The notes: generated from the sequence alone by a model not told the origin. 64,000 nucleotides of DNA from Octopus sinensis (GCF_006345805.1 NC_042997.1:33418001-33482000), one strand, 5' to 3'. Shown: positions 1 to 12,884, numbered from the stretch's first letter. Program-made: numbers and translations.

Positions 1-159
1 TGGCTGCAACTTATCTATCAAAGTGGTATTTACTTTATTGAACAAAAAAAAAAGAAAAGAGAGAAATGGGCCGGACAGAATATACTCTAAAACTTACAGA
101 GACGTGAATACTGCAAACATTTGATCCAACGTTGAAAATTCTACTTATATTAAGTTGCA

Positions 160-600
160 GAACTCTCTGGGGTCAATTAAATAAAGTACCAGTGAGGTAC
201 TGGTATCGATAATATATAGTTATTCCTCAACCCTACAAAATTGCTAGCCTTGTGTCTAGATCAAAAACAATATTAAATGGCAGAATCTTTAGGGTGAAGA
301 CCCAATGCCTTACAGTATTTGTTCCTACTTTTTACGTTGTGAGCTTAAATCCAGGTCGATAAAATAAGATACCAGTGATCTACTAGGTCGATTTTACCCA
401 CTTACCGTCTACCACCACAATTATGTCCTTGTGCCTCTGGAAACGATAATTAATATCGTTATCATTAAGTATGGTAGAATTGTTAGAGACAGACAAAATA
501 CGTTGTATTTAGTTACGGTCATTTTTGCTCTGAGTTCAAATCCGGCCAAGTTCAACTTTGCCTTTCATCCTTCCAGTGAAATACAAAAAGTCGATGATAT
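160..600 (+). mobile_element. Cluster of old, degenerate SINE fragments (family B-like)
   Basis: Decayed versions of the family-B core (ctttgcctttcatcc at about 555-570; ggtcgataaaataag-taccag at about 354-380) that is intact at 50578-50820. Confidence 0.5.
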
Positions 601-1604
601 TGGCTGCAAGCCTTCTGTCTAAATTTTTTAAAAAACGATGCTATGTACAGAAAAAGTTGTGTCGATTAAACTTTTTGACTCGATACACAAGGTCTTCTAT
701 TCGACCTCAACCCGAGTTATGTTACGGACTGCGCAGTTAACATCACCATTGATTACTTACGTAAATGCAATGTCTCGAATATTACATAAGCATCTTATTT
801 CAAATGAATCCGAAACAATTCAACGTATTTTGGCAAAATCTATTGCGAAACGCGTCCAAAATTATGTTATTTTACGCAAGTTATCTTCTACGCAATTACT
901 TTTTTGTATTGCTAGGTGGTAGCCTTCTAAACTAGCTCTTTCAACACTATACCCAGCCATATACAGCGGAAACACCTGTCTCTTTTTTTTGCACTCCGTA
1001 TTGTCTCCGGCATCCCAAACTACCCACTGATCGCTTTATTTTTTAATTCTTTCTCCATCAGAATGTTCATATATTGGAATTTCTTCCCTCACCCACGTTA
1101 ACATACAAATGTTAACATACAAATGTTAACATACAAATGTCCAAATGGAGCATAAAACGTTTCAATATCACCAGTCTGGAAGAACCCACGAAGGTTAGAA
1201 ATACAGATTCGCCTCATAAAAACAACCGACGTTCTTGCTTTCTTGTTATTTTTATTTTACTTTATTCTATTTTATTTACTCCTTAGTTGTGCAGAAAAGA
1301 GCAGTAGTAACTGCCGGGGAAAACAAATTATTTTCAAGTAGGTCTGAATTAGGGCACAGATTCCAAGTCGATAGTATTTACCTTTTAGTTAGAATGGGAA
1401 GAGCAGCGTCCATATCCCTTTCTTTTTCCAGCACTTCTGAGACTGGTGTTGAAGAATTAAGATGGGCGGTTATCCTTAAACCGGAGATCTTGTTTCAATG
1501 CCTGCAGCAGACTGAACTCTGTTAAACGTACCGAAGAATTAGTCGGTAGCGTTAAACCGGTTTATAAATTTAAGTTCTTTAAACCAAAAATTTAAACGCA
1601 AAGA

Positions 1605-1820
1605 GCTAGTTCAAATATCACATGGCACTGCATCTGATGCTGTATCAATTCCGCCAATTTACCGACCTAGACTGGACCCTTCGTTTTATTTTATTTTATT
1701 TTATTTTCTCTCTGCAAAGACGAAATGCAAAGATGATCTATGTGGGGTTTTCAGATCACAGGGAGCCGGAGCATACACTGCAAGGCATCAGATGAGGTGC
1801 CATGTGATATTTGAACTAGC
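1605..1820. mobile_element. MITE-like element with 36-bp terminal inverted repeats
   Basis: gctagttcaaatatcacatggcactgcatctgatgc (1605-1640) is the near-exact reverse complement of 1785-1820. No coding capacity and no clear TSD. Confidence 0.7.
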
Positions 1821-1859
1821 AAATAACTCGCTGTCTACGATCATAGAAATAATATTATA

Positions 1860-2520
1860 ATGTGTAGAGTGTTCGGGCAAAATTTAACAATTTTTGTCTC
1901 CTTTTTTTTTCAGAAACTGTCAGCGGCGTTGGAGAGCATAAAGATTAAAGTTGTAGATGAGAAGAAGTTAGCTGACATGAAGGACTGGAAACCATAAGAA
2001 TATTGAAAAAGAGTTGCCTGTATCATGATTCGCGTCGGGTGTCAAAATGCCGACATCATAACTCCTGCTTAATGTTTTGTGAACAGTGTAAAAGCTGTAA
2101 GACGTGGCATGGACACCATGTAAACTATGATTGTCTTTTCCTATGTCTCCTGTGAGGGTGAATTTATGCCGCCCCACATCTATGAACAGGTCCTTCAGGG
2201 GACTATGTGAAGCTGCTGGAGACTGTGCTCAACTCCTGGCTGTATAATGTGTGGCAGTATGATTTGGTTCCTTGCCATACTTCTGGGAAGGGTCAGAAGT
2301 GGTTATCGGAGAATTTCTACGACTTTACCAGCCCCAATTTCTGGCCTCCTAATTCCCCCAATTATAACCCCCATTGGTTACTGTGTGAGGGGTGATTGAG
2401 AAAGGCACGAAGGTTTTCGTCTTGGCCCACCAAATTTAGACCGAACATCCTGTATGCCAAAAGAACCGGCTATTGCAAGCAAAAAAAAAATCGCATTTGC
2501 GCAAATTTGGATATACGACG
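1860..2520 (+). mobile_element. Internally deleted, decayed maT (DD37D)-type Tc1/mariner transposase remnant
   Basis: ATG at 1977 opens an N-terminal HTH-like stretch (MKDWKP*EY*KRVACIMIRVG). It is followed by TMIVFSYVSCEGEFMPPHIYEQ and WQYD...WLSENFYDFTSPNFWPPNSPNYNP. Spacing from D2 to the expected D3 is 37 residues. Confidence 0.75.
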
Positions 2521-2570
2521 GTTTAATATAATAGCAACGGATATATATGTATATATATATATTATATATA

Positions 2571-2673
<103 letters not shown>

Positions 2674-3387
2674 TGTACATGTATGTATGTATGTATGTAT
2701 GTATGTATGTATGTATGTATGTATGTATGTATGTATATATGTATATATGTTTGTATGTATGCATGTACGTATGTATATACGTATGTACTGATTGATCTTT
2801 ATTTTTTAAATTTTGCTTGATTATATTTTCAGGGACTTTGACAAAGGAGTTAAATTTGTTTCTCGTAATAGTGGGGTATAGTTAAATCACTGAAGATTCA
2901 AATTAGCGTAGTACACGTCGCAAGATCCTTTGATAAGGCTCATAATGGTGGAACGTTTTCCACGTGTGAAAACATTTGGGTTGACCATTAGCTCAAAGAA
3001 AGTGGAAGTAATTCACCAACCCAAGATACCCTCTGAGCAATAATAGAAGATAGTAAAATTTACCCAGTCTGCTCTTATTTTTACAGATAATCACATATAT
3101 GTGAATGGCCATGATCTAAATTATGTAATGTCTTTTTTTCTTATTTGGTGGTATTAATTCAAGTCTTTCGCTGGTTGATGACGGCATGAATAGGTCATGC
3201 AAAGAAACTATCTTCTTTGGTATATAGTAGCAATATGTCTGGAACGAAAATGGTGTTACTCTGAGTATATAACTTGATGTGCATTGAGCTGTAGTTCTTT
3301 CTATCTTATTTTACAGATTTGGGACCTTTACTCCTTATAAGTCACATAGAACAACTTTCAAAATTGCTTGCGTAAAATTTATTGGTA

Positions 3388-3863
3388 TACGAGGTGCATT
3401 CCAGAAGTTTTGAGACTTTTTTAGGTGTGATAACTGCCCTTGCTTACTGTAATTTTAGTATATCATTATTATACATTTAATTAGCTGACCTGATAAGTTT
3501 TGTTATTTCAGATTTAAGGAAACGTGCATACCCTGCCAAACACTGCTTGTCACAGTTGACTAGTTTGCTGCAGGCTGTCAGGATGTGGAGACAGTTTGGA
3601 AGATTGCTTTGCGCTAAACTGGGCAAAAACGTTACAGAAAATCCCTGTGACTTTCAGTTGTTCCCTAAGTTGAAGAAGATGAAGGAGGTTGTGACAACTG
3701 TCCTGGACATCCTCACTTTGAAGGGCTTCCATGGGGCCTTCGCAAAGTGGTTGGAGCGTTACACCAAGTGCATTGAAGCTAGATAACTAGAGATTTGTGC
3801 TTCTTTGAAATCAATAAATGTCACTCCTGAAAAACTCTAAAAACTTCTGGATGGCATTTTGTA
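3388..3863 (+). mobile_element. Non-autonomous mariner deletion derivative
   Basis: Degenerate TIRs (tacgaggtgcattccagaagtttt / aaaacttctggatggcattttgta). Internal PCDFQLFPKLK...GAFAKWLERYTKCIEAR matches a mariner C-terminus. Confidence 0.75.
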
Positions 3864-4418
3864 TGTGGAATAACAGAGTCTGTAACGCGTTGATCTTTTC
3901 AAGAAACGTAGCATCTCAACTATTGAAGTTTTCTTATCCAGCCTCAACATAAATGAATTGGTCACGTCATTCAGATGGGTGACGAATTCCTCCACAACAC
4001 TCTCCTCTGCATTCAAATTTATGATGGAGTACGAAATGTTGGGAAACCTCTCATCAGACACAAAGAAAAACTAGAATTCTTCCTGCTTATTTCAAAGCGT
4101 CTTCAAACGAATAACGTAGTATGGTAAATTATGAAGGAAACTGTGCTGCTAAGTTGAAGGCAATTTTGAATCCTCAAGGTTAGATAAGTTAATAATTACA
4201 AAATACAAATCTATTTTGTCACCAATTTGCTCCTATCAATTTTTAAGGACTGGTTTTATTTGTGAACTTAAAGCTGATTTGATGTCTTACCGTAGATACA
4301 AGCTTTATGTATATAATTGAATGGTAACACCACTCGTGTATTGAAAAAGAATTCCATTAGTCATCATATATATAATGTCGCACGAAGCAGCGTTGAATAA
4401 CATTTTTGTGTAATTAAA

Positions 4419-4573
4419 ACATTCGAGCGCATTCGGACATGAGAAAACCTTCCGCTGTGGAGATACTCCCAGGGGAAAATTTTTCTTTCAGACATATATG
4501 AAAATATGTTTTAGGCTGGGAATAATGTCATCGAATCGATGGTCTTCTCACATCCGAATGCACTCAAACGTGT
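4419..4573. mobile_element. About 155-bp MITE with about 30-bp TIRs and TTAA-like flanks (possibly piggyBac-type)
   Basis: acattcgagcgcattcggacatgagaaaacc pairs with the reverse complement of ggtcttctcacatccgaatgcactcaaacgtgt; ttaa occurs at both flanks. Confidence 0.55.
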
Positions 4574-4609
4574 TAAATACGATTGCACACGAACATATAT
4601 ATATATATC

Positions 4610-5045
4610 CTCATGTGATCATCTTTCTTTTCTTTCAGGGCTGTCCTAAGGACTAGGTGTATCCTATATCTCCCTTCTATCTTTTCTCTTGTCAAAGGAA
4701 ATATTTCTCCAGTGTTCGCTATTTTACCCTCCTTCTGGTCTAACGACATTCCATGTTTGTTTTCGTTCGGTTTCCTTGTATGTCTCCACTGTCCTGTTTT
4801 TGTTCCCAACTTTGACCCTCCATAAAATCCAAAATTTTATTTCGGTACTTACGGGAGCAACTGTCTTCGAAGACTCAAATTGACGTTCATTGCTCGAAAT
4901 GAAGAGCAGAAAGACAGCCGACAACTGATGAAAGGTCGTCCTTTATGTTACTTGTCATGTTTTCCATTTGTTTTTCTCGTTGTTTGCGTATTGAACTCAT
5001 TTGCTTTCGTATTTCATGTTGTTTACTGTTGGTGACATCCTGTAC
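4610..5045 (+). mobile_element. Non-coding (TA)n-flanked repeat, probably a Penelope pLTR-type segment
   Basis: Flanked by TA-rich tracts. A related fragment lies in opposite orientation at about 42165-42290. Contains CTGATGA followed by a short AAGG/CCTT hairpin at 4925-4943. Confidence 0.4.
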
Positions 5046-5140
5046 CCATATATGCATATATATATACATATATACATACATACATACATACATACATACA
5101 TACATACATACATACATACATACATACATACATACATACA

Positions 5141-6984
5141 TTTATGGCTGCCCCCTCGTTATCGAGTGTGGCCATTGCACGAAGCTTAACTGTTATTGGT
5201 GCTGTGATCGAATGTGACTTTTTAGCCCAGATAAAGATCTACGATGTCTTGTACAAAATTGACAACTAAGACCTTTACTGGTAATAGCCGGCTGTAGTTG
5301 TAACTGGGCTTCATGTACCTTTGCATGTCGTTTAAGTCCTCCTGCCGAATTACACTCTCTTCCACATGCCCGACAGATATGATTAGTATGGTGTCTAACA
5401 CCAACACCAGTGGCCAGGTTGTCACTCATCTGTCTCGTTGTATGACTACGAAGATGACTCATGAGTCCAGCTTTACTGAGGCAGGGTCTTGCACAGACAT
5501 TGCATGTCAGAATCAAAGGAAGACTCTTCCCTTCTGGAAGTGTAACATTGATGCCCTTCCTGACATCCCTCCTTACTTTCTCATGTGCAACTCGAGATTT
5601 CTCAAACGTGGCTGTCCCCTCATGCACAATCCTTCTCCACCTGCTACGATCAATAGCTATGCTTTCCCATGTGTCAGGAGAGATGCAAGCATCTCTCAAG
5701 GAAGCCTTCAGCAAGTCCTTATACCTCTTTTTTGGTTTATGTGGAGGTCGTTCTCCTTTAGCTAACTCTCCATAAAAGAGTTGTTTTGGCATCCTTGAAT
5801 CCTTCATTCTGACCAGATGACCACTCCATCTGAGCCTTTGCTTTAACACAAGAGCTTCTATACTTTCACACCGAAAGCCTTCGAGTATTTCAAGATCACT
5901 GATGCGGTCCTTCCCCTTAATGCTATAGATCCGTCTGAGGCACATCTGATGGAAACGTTCCAGATGTTTAAGGTGGTATCGATATGTGACCCACGTCTCG
6001 CAGGCATAGAGAAGAGACGGGAGCACACATGCCTTGTACACTTTTATCTTTGTCTTTCTGCATATGTCTCGCCGACTCCAGAGGTGCTTTTCTAGCCTTC
6101 CGAAAGCAACACTTGCTTTCCTAATTCTATATGGAACTTCATCTTCCACATTGCCATATCTATTAATAGTGCTTCTCAGGTAGACAAACTGATCGACTAC
6201 ATCAAGTCGTTTACCATTCACATAGATATTTGGTACACTATACTGCTTACCAGGGGCAGGTTGATGCATGACAACAGTTTTCTTGAGATTGACTGTCGAT
6301 CCTAAGGCAGTGCAAGCATCAGAGAATGCATTCAAAATGTGTTGCATATCAATCTGTGTGCTACTAGCTCACAATCATCAGCATACAAAAGGTCTTTTAT
6401 GATAGAGGAAACTATCTTTGTTTTTGCAGCAAGGCGCCTGATATTAAATATGCTGCCAGAGGTTCGATAATGGACGTAAACACCGAATCTGCAGTTTCTG
6501 AATGCAATACAGAACACCATCGCAAAATATATGGAAAATAGGGTCGGTGCCAGAATATCCCCCTGTTTCACTCCATTTTGTATTGAAATGGGCTCCGACA
6601 TCTTCCCTCTAACATTCATCCTACCATTCATGTCTTCATGAAAAGAACAGACCAAAGCAAGGAACTTTTCAGGACACCCAAGTTTCTGGAGGACCTTCCA
6701 CAATGCTTTTCTATTGACGGTATCAAAGGCTTTTGTCAGATCGACAAACACCTGATACAAATCCGGACCCTGTTCCACACACTTTTCCTGAAGCTGTCTG
6801 GCTGAAAAGATCATATCAGCACTGCCGCGTCACACACGAAAGCCAGATTGACTTTCTGGAAGAACACAATCTGCAATGTATTTCAGCAGACGATTCAGAA
6901 GTATCCTGCATAAAATCTTTCCTACAGCAGACAGCAATGATATTCCCCTAAAGTACCACAATCATTCCTGTTGCCCTTTCCCTT
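5141..6984 (-). mobile_element. 5'-truncated RTE-clade LINE: RT domain plus C-terminus with three C2H2 zinc fingers, frameshifted
   Basis: RGISLLSAVGKILCRILLNRL, PESQSGFR, FVDLTKAFDTVNR, GVKQGDILAPTLF and YADD (6332-6814). Frameshift into 5193-6347 (KTKIKVYKACVLPSLLYACETW, RLRWSGHLVRM..R.PKQLFYGEL). About 50-nt 3'UTR, then a (TATG)n tail; (ATAC)n lies on both flanks. Confidence 0.92.
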
Positions 6985-7809
6985 ATACATACATACATAC
7001 ATACATACATACATACATACATACATACATACATACATACATACATACATACATACATACATACATACATACATAATATGAACGTTAGAAATATATATTT
7101 TGTAGGCGTAACAAGAATGTTTCTATGTAATAGCTTTAGCAGATACTGAATGACAGAATAAATTAATAAATTAATATCTCAGCATCATAGTATATTATAT
7201 ATATATATATGTGTGTGTGGTGTGTGTGTGTGTGTGTGTGTGTGTGTCAATGCTAAGAATGAACGACAATATATGTATATATATATCCAGGTAGATACAT
7301 TAAAATAAACATACATACTGTGTACGTTCTTTATCAAAGATGTGTATCCATGCTTTTATCAGAAATGTGCTGAAAAATTATATACATACATCATAATATT
7401 GTCCGGATATTTGCATATTTATTAATCTTATCCTCTTTATTCATTACTTCAAAGATTCGGCAAAGGGATGAACGCTTTCACAGCCTCCATTCAGCTCACC
7501 TCCACGAATTTGTGACCTTCTACCTAAACCAAAACTCAACTTCTTTCTTTGTTTTTTTTTTGTTTCTTCTTTTGTTGCTTTTCTTTTTCTTTTTCTTTTT
7601 TTTTTTTACTACTTTCTTCTCTCAGATTACTGCAAGAACTGACAATAACAGGAAAGACCCACGCACTGAAAGATGAATTTACTGTTAGTTCTTGAAATAA
7701 ATGAGTTTTGCCAAATGCATCGCAATCTAAATATAGGCAGACATATACAGGTTGGAATAAACAAGACATAATCTGAATTAGATTCGAGATACGTTTCACA
7801 GCAGATAAC

Positions 7810-7970
7810 TATTATTATTATTATCATTATTATTATTATCATTATTATTATTATTATCATCATCATCATTATTATTATTAATATTATTATCACCCCCCTC
7901 CTCCTCATTATCATCATCATCATTATTATTATTAATATTATTATTATTACCCTCCTCCTCCTCCTCCTCC

Positions 7971-8007
<37 letters not shown>

Positions 8008-8240
8008 TATCATCATTATTATTATTATTAGTATTAGTATTATTATTATTAATATTATTATTACTGCCATTGTTGAGGTTATTGTTGTTTTTCTACTGCT
8101 GCTGCTGTTGTTGTTGTTGTGGCTGTTGGTCCTGCTGCTGCTGACGGTGGTGGTGGTAGTGGCGGTGGTGGTGACGATGATGAAGATGATGATGATGATG
8201 ATGCTACTGGCGATGACGACGATGATGACGATGACGATGA
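7810..8240. repeat. Compound trinucleotide array (ATT/ATC/CTC/GTT/GAT)n
   Basis: Directly visible; source of the poly-I/M/R ORFs. Confidence 0.9.
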
Positions 8241-8734
8241 CGAAGACGTCGGTGCTATTATTTGATATAATAATTCTCTTTCGAGTGGAAATACTTTCTT
8301 GTCACAGGCGCATAACTTGGCATGCTTTTTTTACCCCAGCAGTAGCGTAACTGAAATACTGGAGCTGTCTTTAGAATATGGAAAGCGAAGTGAAAATGCC
8401 AGCAATTTTCGAAAAGTCATTCTTCTGATGTCGAAGAAAGAATAGCAGCAGTCCAACATCTTTTACAAAAAGAAAAAAAAAATACGTGTATGAGTGCATG
8501 TTTATGAGCGTGCTTGTGCGCGTGTATATGGATATATCTTGTAGACATATACACGCACACGCACGTACATTTCTATATAGATAAATACATACATACACAT
8601 ATACATATATATATATATATATATATATGTAAGGTATGGATTTCTATTGCCTACAACTGTGTGTACCTACATGTACATGTACGTAGATACGTTTCAGAAA
8701 ATTACATGTATATATTGTACAAATATATGTGGCT

Positions 8735-8954
8735 ACATACATACATACATACATACATACATACATACTACATACATACATACATACATACATACTCACA
8801 TACATACATACATACATACATACATACATACATACATACATACATGCATACAAAAATACCCTGTTGTTGATGTTGAAATTCCAATGAAGGAACCTTGGAT
8901 CTAGGTTAGAAACCGGTTATTCATTGGCAAGAAATCTTGAAATAAACTGAATAA

Positions 8955-8985
<31 letters not shown>

Positions 8986-9472
8986 CATGCATGCATGCAT
9001 GCATGCATACATACATACATACATACATACATACATGCATGCATGCATACATACTTACATACATACATACATACATTCATACATACATACATACATGCAT
9101 ACATACATACACGCATACATGCATACCTACATGCATACATACATACATGCATACATACATACATGCATACATACATGCATACATACATACATGCATGCAT
9201 ACATACATACATTCATACATACATACATGCATGCATGCATGCATGCATACATACATACATACATACATACATACATACATGCATACATACATACATAAAT
9301 GCATACATACATGCATACATACATGCATACATACATACATGCATACATACATGCATACATACATGCATACATACATGCATACATACATACATACATTCAT
9401 ACATACATACATACATACATACATACATACATACATACATACATACATACATACATACATACATACATACAT
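8735..9472. repeat. (ATAC)n/(ATGC)n tetranucleotide array interrupted by a LINE 3'-end module
   Basis: Directly visible. Confidence 0.9.
8850..8957 (+). mobile_element. 3'-terminal module (about 110-120 bp) of the Dong/R4-like LINE
   Basis: aaaataccctgttgttgatgttgaaattccaatgaaggaaccttggatctaggttagaaaccgg...gaataatta followed by (CATA)n. The same module terminates the RLE fragment at 34680-35365. Confidence 0.7.
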
Positions 9473-9664
9473 GGCACTCTTTTGGTTATGAAAACATGTG
9501 TTCCAGTTGGTCTGATAAATGGAACTGCCGGTTTATGAAATTAATATGCAAGTGACTGACATGCATATCTCTTAAGGTAGTTCTCGGGGAGATTCAGCAT
9601 AACACAGAATGCATCAAGATTAGCCCTTGCAAATTCAGTGTACTATTCAATTTTGTACACACAA

Positions 9665-9790
9665 ACAAAAATACCCTGCTGTTGATGTTAAAATTCCAAT
9701 GAAGGAGCCTTGGATCTAGGTTAGAACCCGGTTCTTTCTCTATTGGCAAGAGAATCGTGAAATAAAATGAATAATGACATACATACATAC
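9665..9790 (+). mobile_element. Dong/R4-like LINE 3'-terminal module
   Basis: Same module as 8850-8957, followed by acatacatac. Confidence 0.7.
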
Positions 9791-9977
9791 AAACATATAT
9801 ACATATATATATATATATATAATAATATATATATATAATATAATATATATATATATATATATATATAATTATATATATATAATATATATATATATTATAT
9901 ATATATATATATGATATATATATATATATATACATACATATATATATATGTATGTATGTATTATATATATATATATG

Positions 9978-10065
9978 TATGTCATTATTCAGTTTGTTGC
10001 CAATAGAGTAAGAACCGGTTTCTAACCTAGATCCAAAGGGCTCTTTCACTGGAATTTCAACAACA

Positions 10066-10066
<1 letters not shown>
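9978..10066 (-). mobile_element. Dong/R4-like LINE 3'-terminal module, inverted relative to 9665-9790
   Basis: gtcattattcagtt...ccaatagagtaagaaccggtttctaacctagatccaa...ggaatttcaacaacatc. Confidence 0.65.
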
Positions 10067-10109
<43 letters not shown>

Positions 10110-10112
<3 letters not shown>

Positions 10113-10330
10113 GAGAGGGTTTCCTAAAAAGTTCCGGCTTTAAGGGTGTCGTGAAAGGCCTGGTTGATGGCCCAACCTTCCAAGTACTTTTACAGGGCTT
10201 AGAAAAACTGAAGGACAGCTGTAATAAGTGTGTGAATCTAAGAGGGCAATATGCTAAATAAAATTATAATTAACTGGTCCTACTGTATTTTCTTTTATCG
10301 AAAGCCAGAAACCTTTCAGCACCCCGTCGC
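10110..10330 (+). mobile_element. Short mariner deletion derivative
   Basis: Degenerate TIRs (cgagagggtttcctaaaaagttccggcttt / aaagccagaaacctttcagcaccccgtcg). Internal LEKLKDSCNKCVNLRGQY resembles a mariner C-terminus. Confidence 0.6.
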
Positions 10331-10355
10331 ATGAATATACATATGTATATGAATA

Positions 10356-10405
<50 letters not shown>

Positions 10406-10669
10406 GTGTGTGTGTGTGTGTCTGTATGGATATAGTTATATAGATGTATTTGTAAGAATGTATGCATGTTCTCCTCTTTCTCTTTTTAATTTGGAGTAAA
10501 TTTTGACTGGTCACCTAATTGTGAAGGAGGGCATTTTGACTTGTTTATTGTCTTTTAAATCCTTCAAGAAAGTCTTGCAGATTTTTATAGTCTCAGATAT
10601 TTTTATCATTTGCAGCGTATGAATTAAAGATTTGCATTCTCTTCACAAGATCTCACGTTCAACCATACT

Positions 10670-11345
10670 TTCATGCCAATAGAGAAAGAGCCGGTTTCTA
10701 ATTTAGATCCAAGGCTCCTTCATTGGAATTTCAACAACATCAACAGAGTGTCTTTGTATGTATGCATGTCATTGTTCAGTTTTATTTCAAGATTTCTTGC
10801 CAATAGAGGAGCCGGTTTCTAACTAATAGATTCAAGGCTCCTTCATTGGAATTTCATCAACATCAACAGAGTGTCTTTGTATGTATGCATGTATATCCAT
10901 GTGCAGATTTGTATGTTTTTGTTTTATGTATATACTCTCATACATATAGTTCCATATCTAGACATGCTCTGGAAAGTATTGCTGATTTTTACAGTTGCAA
11001 ATCTCTTGGATGTTACCTTGGAAGCCTGCGAGCAATCGCCTGCTCCGTGGTTGTAGGCCAGTTCCACAATTAAATGCTTTGTTGTTTCTTTTGAATTTTT
11101 TTCTTTTGTGCCCCATTTTCTCGGTGATTAACTGGTGAGCAATGTTTTCTTTGAAATTATTGCTCACTAAATCACGGCGTTGTCGAATCTCTTCGTCATT
11201 ATAATCTGCAAAAGAAGCGATCAATATCCCAAGCCACTTCCGCGCAGGTTTGAAATTGCATACTTCCAGCTGATCAGGGCTGAACATTCCACTCCTATCC
11301 ATCACCGCAGCATATACTTTTCTCAGTGTCTTTTCCAAGAAATAC
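10670..11345 (-). mobile_element. Internally deleted Dong/R4-like LINE with duplicated 3' module
   Basis: Two tandem 3' modules (about 10675-10890) plus the 3'UTR shared with 34980-35060. An upstream open frame (DEEIRQRRDL...KRKKFKRNNKAF) may derive from the ORF N-terminal region (weak assignment). Confidence 0.5.
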
Positions 11346-11600
11346 TTGTCTCTTCTTTCGACACTCATTACCACACATCCAAGAAGAGAGAGAGAAAGAG
11401 CAAGGGAGAGAGAGAGAGAGAGAGAAGCAGAGTAAGAGAGTGACTGCAAGAGAGACAAACAGGCTGATTAACAGGCAGGTAGACAGACAGCTTGAAGAGT
11501 TGTTATTGTCGTTTATGAAGGATTTGATGATCAAGTGAACGAGTGATGCGAAGAGAATGGCATAGGAAGGGAGCGGAAAGATCGAGAAAGATTAAGTATA

Positions 11601-12005
11601 GGCGCAGGAGTGGCTGTGTGGTAAGTAGCTTGCTAACCAACCGCATGGTTCCGAGTTCAGTCCCACTGCGTGGCATCTTGGGCAAGTGTCTTCTGCTATA
11701 GCCCCGGGCCGACCAATGCCTTGTGAGTGTATTTGGTAGACGGAAACTGAAAGAAGTCTGTCATATATATGTATATATATATGTGTGTGTGTGTTTGTGT
11801 GTCTGTGTTTGCTCCCCTAGCATTGCTTGACAACCGATGCTGGTGTGTTTACGTGCCCGTTACTTAGCGGTTCGGCAAAAAGAGACCGATAGAATAAGTA
11901 CTGGGCTTACAAAAAGAATAAGTCCCGGGGTCGAGTTGCTCGACTAAAGGCGGTGCTCCAGTATGGCCGCAGTCAAATGACTGAAACAAGTAAAAGAGTA
12001 AAAGT
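11601..12005 (+). mobile_element. tRNA-derived SINE family A (CORE-like ttgggcaagtgtctt segment, internal microsatellite)
   Basis: tRNA-like head with A/B boxes (tggctgtgtggta; ggttccgagttcagtccc), CORE-like block, internal (TA)/(TG)n, and tail ggcggtgctccagtatggccgcag...ctgaaac. May correspond to a described octopus SINE (OK/OR1/OR2), but I cannot assign which. Confidence 0.85.
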
Positions 12006-12304
12006 GTAAAAAGTGTAAGTGTATAAGAGAAAGGTAAAAGGCCCAAAGTGAAAGAAGTATATATTTTTATTTGTTCAGACAACTGATAGAAGTTATCACT
12101 AGTAAAGAGAAACTAATGAATTTGCTGTACATCAGAAAATGCTGCAACATTTGCAAGAGATAACATGGCTATCTCATATGGCAAAGTACCAGTCTAGTGC
12201 AATCTATTCTCAACAGCTAAAGTATCACAGTAATACCTAAAACTGCTGCTTCAGTATTATCTTATCCGCTCACACATTTCACATGATTTTAAAATGTATA
12301 TACC

Positions 12305-12537
12305 TATTTCTTTACTACCCACAAGGGGCTAAACACAGAGAGGACAAACAAGGACAGACAAACGGATTAAGTCGATTATATCGACCCCAGTGCGTAACTG
12401 GTACTTATTTAATCGACCCCGAAAGGATGAAAAGCAAAGTCGACCTCGGCGGAATTTGAACTCAGAACGTAGCGATAGACGAAATACGGCTACGCATTTC
12501 GCCCGGCGTGCTAAGGTTTCTGCCAGCCCACCGCCTC
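12305..12537 (-). mobile_element. tRNA-derived SINE family B (central gcctttcatcctttcggggtcgat..aagtaccag block, Meta-like)
   Basis: Reverse complement of the intact copy at 50578-50820. Confidence 0.85.
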
Positions 12538-12884
12538 TAAATGTATATACCACGCACACACACGTACGTACGTATGTATGTATGTATGTATGTATGTATG
12601 TATGTATGTATGTATGTATGTATGTATGTATGTAGTTGCTGCAGCAGTCATAGACAAACTGGTGACTTCGGTGCACAAAGCACAGTGGCTGCAGTGAAGG
12701 TTGACATGTTTTCAACAGTGGGCGGCACAACAGGTTCACTCAGCAGAGACACTGACATGGTGTGAATGACCTCTAGTCCTTGCTTGGCCGTCACTTTAGA
12801 AGGAAAACTTTAATGTTAAACTTGAAATTCGTCGGCAGCCAATGACATTGACTAGTTCTTTTTGGAATATCTGCCATCATTATT

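Noticed and set aside
1914-1997. Apparent terminal exon (branch point tttaac, polypyrimidine tract, CAG, then KLSAALESIKIKVVDEKKLADMKDWKP*)
   Set aside because: The same frame continues as the decayed maT transposase N-terminus (MKDWKP*EY*KR...), so the acceptor is more plausibly part of the transposon than a host gene.
10675-10890. CRISPR-like or satellite tandem array
   Set aside because: Only two units, and they are LINE 3'-end modules in an animal genome.
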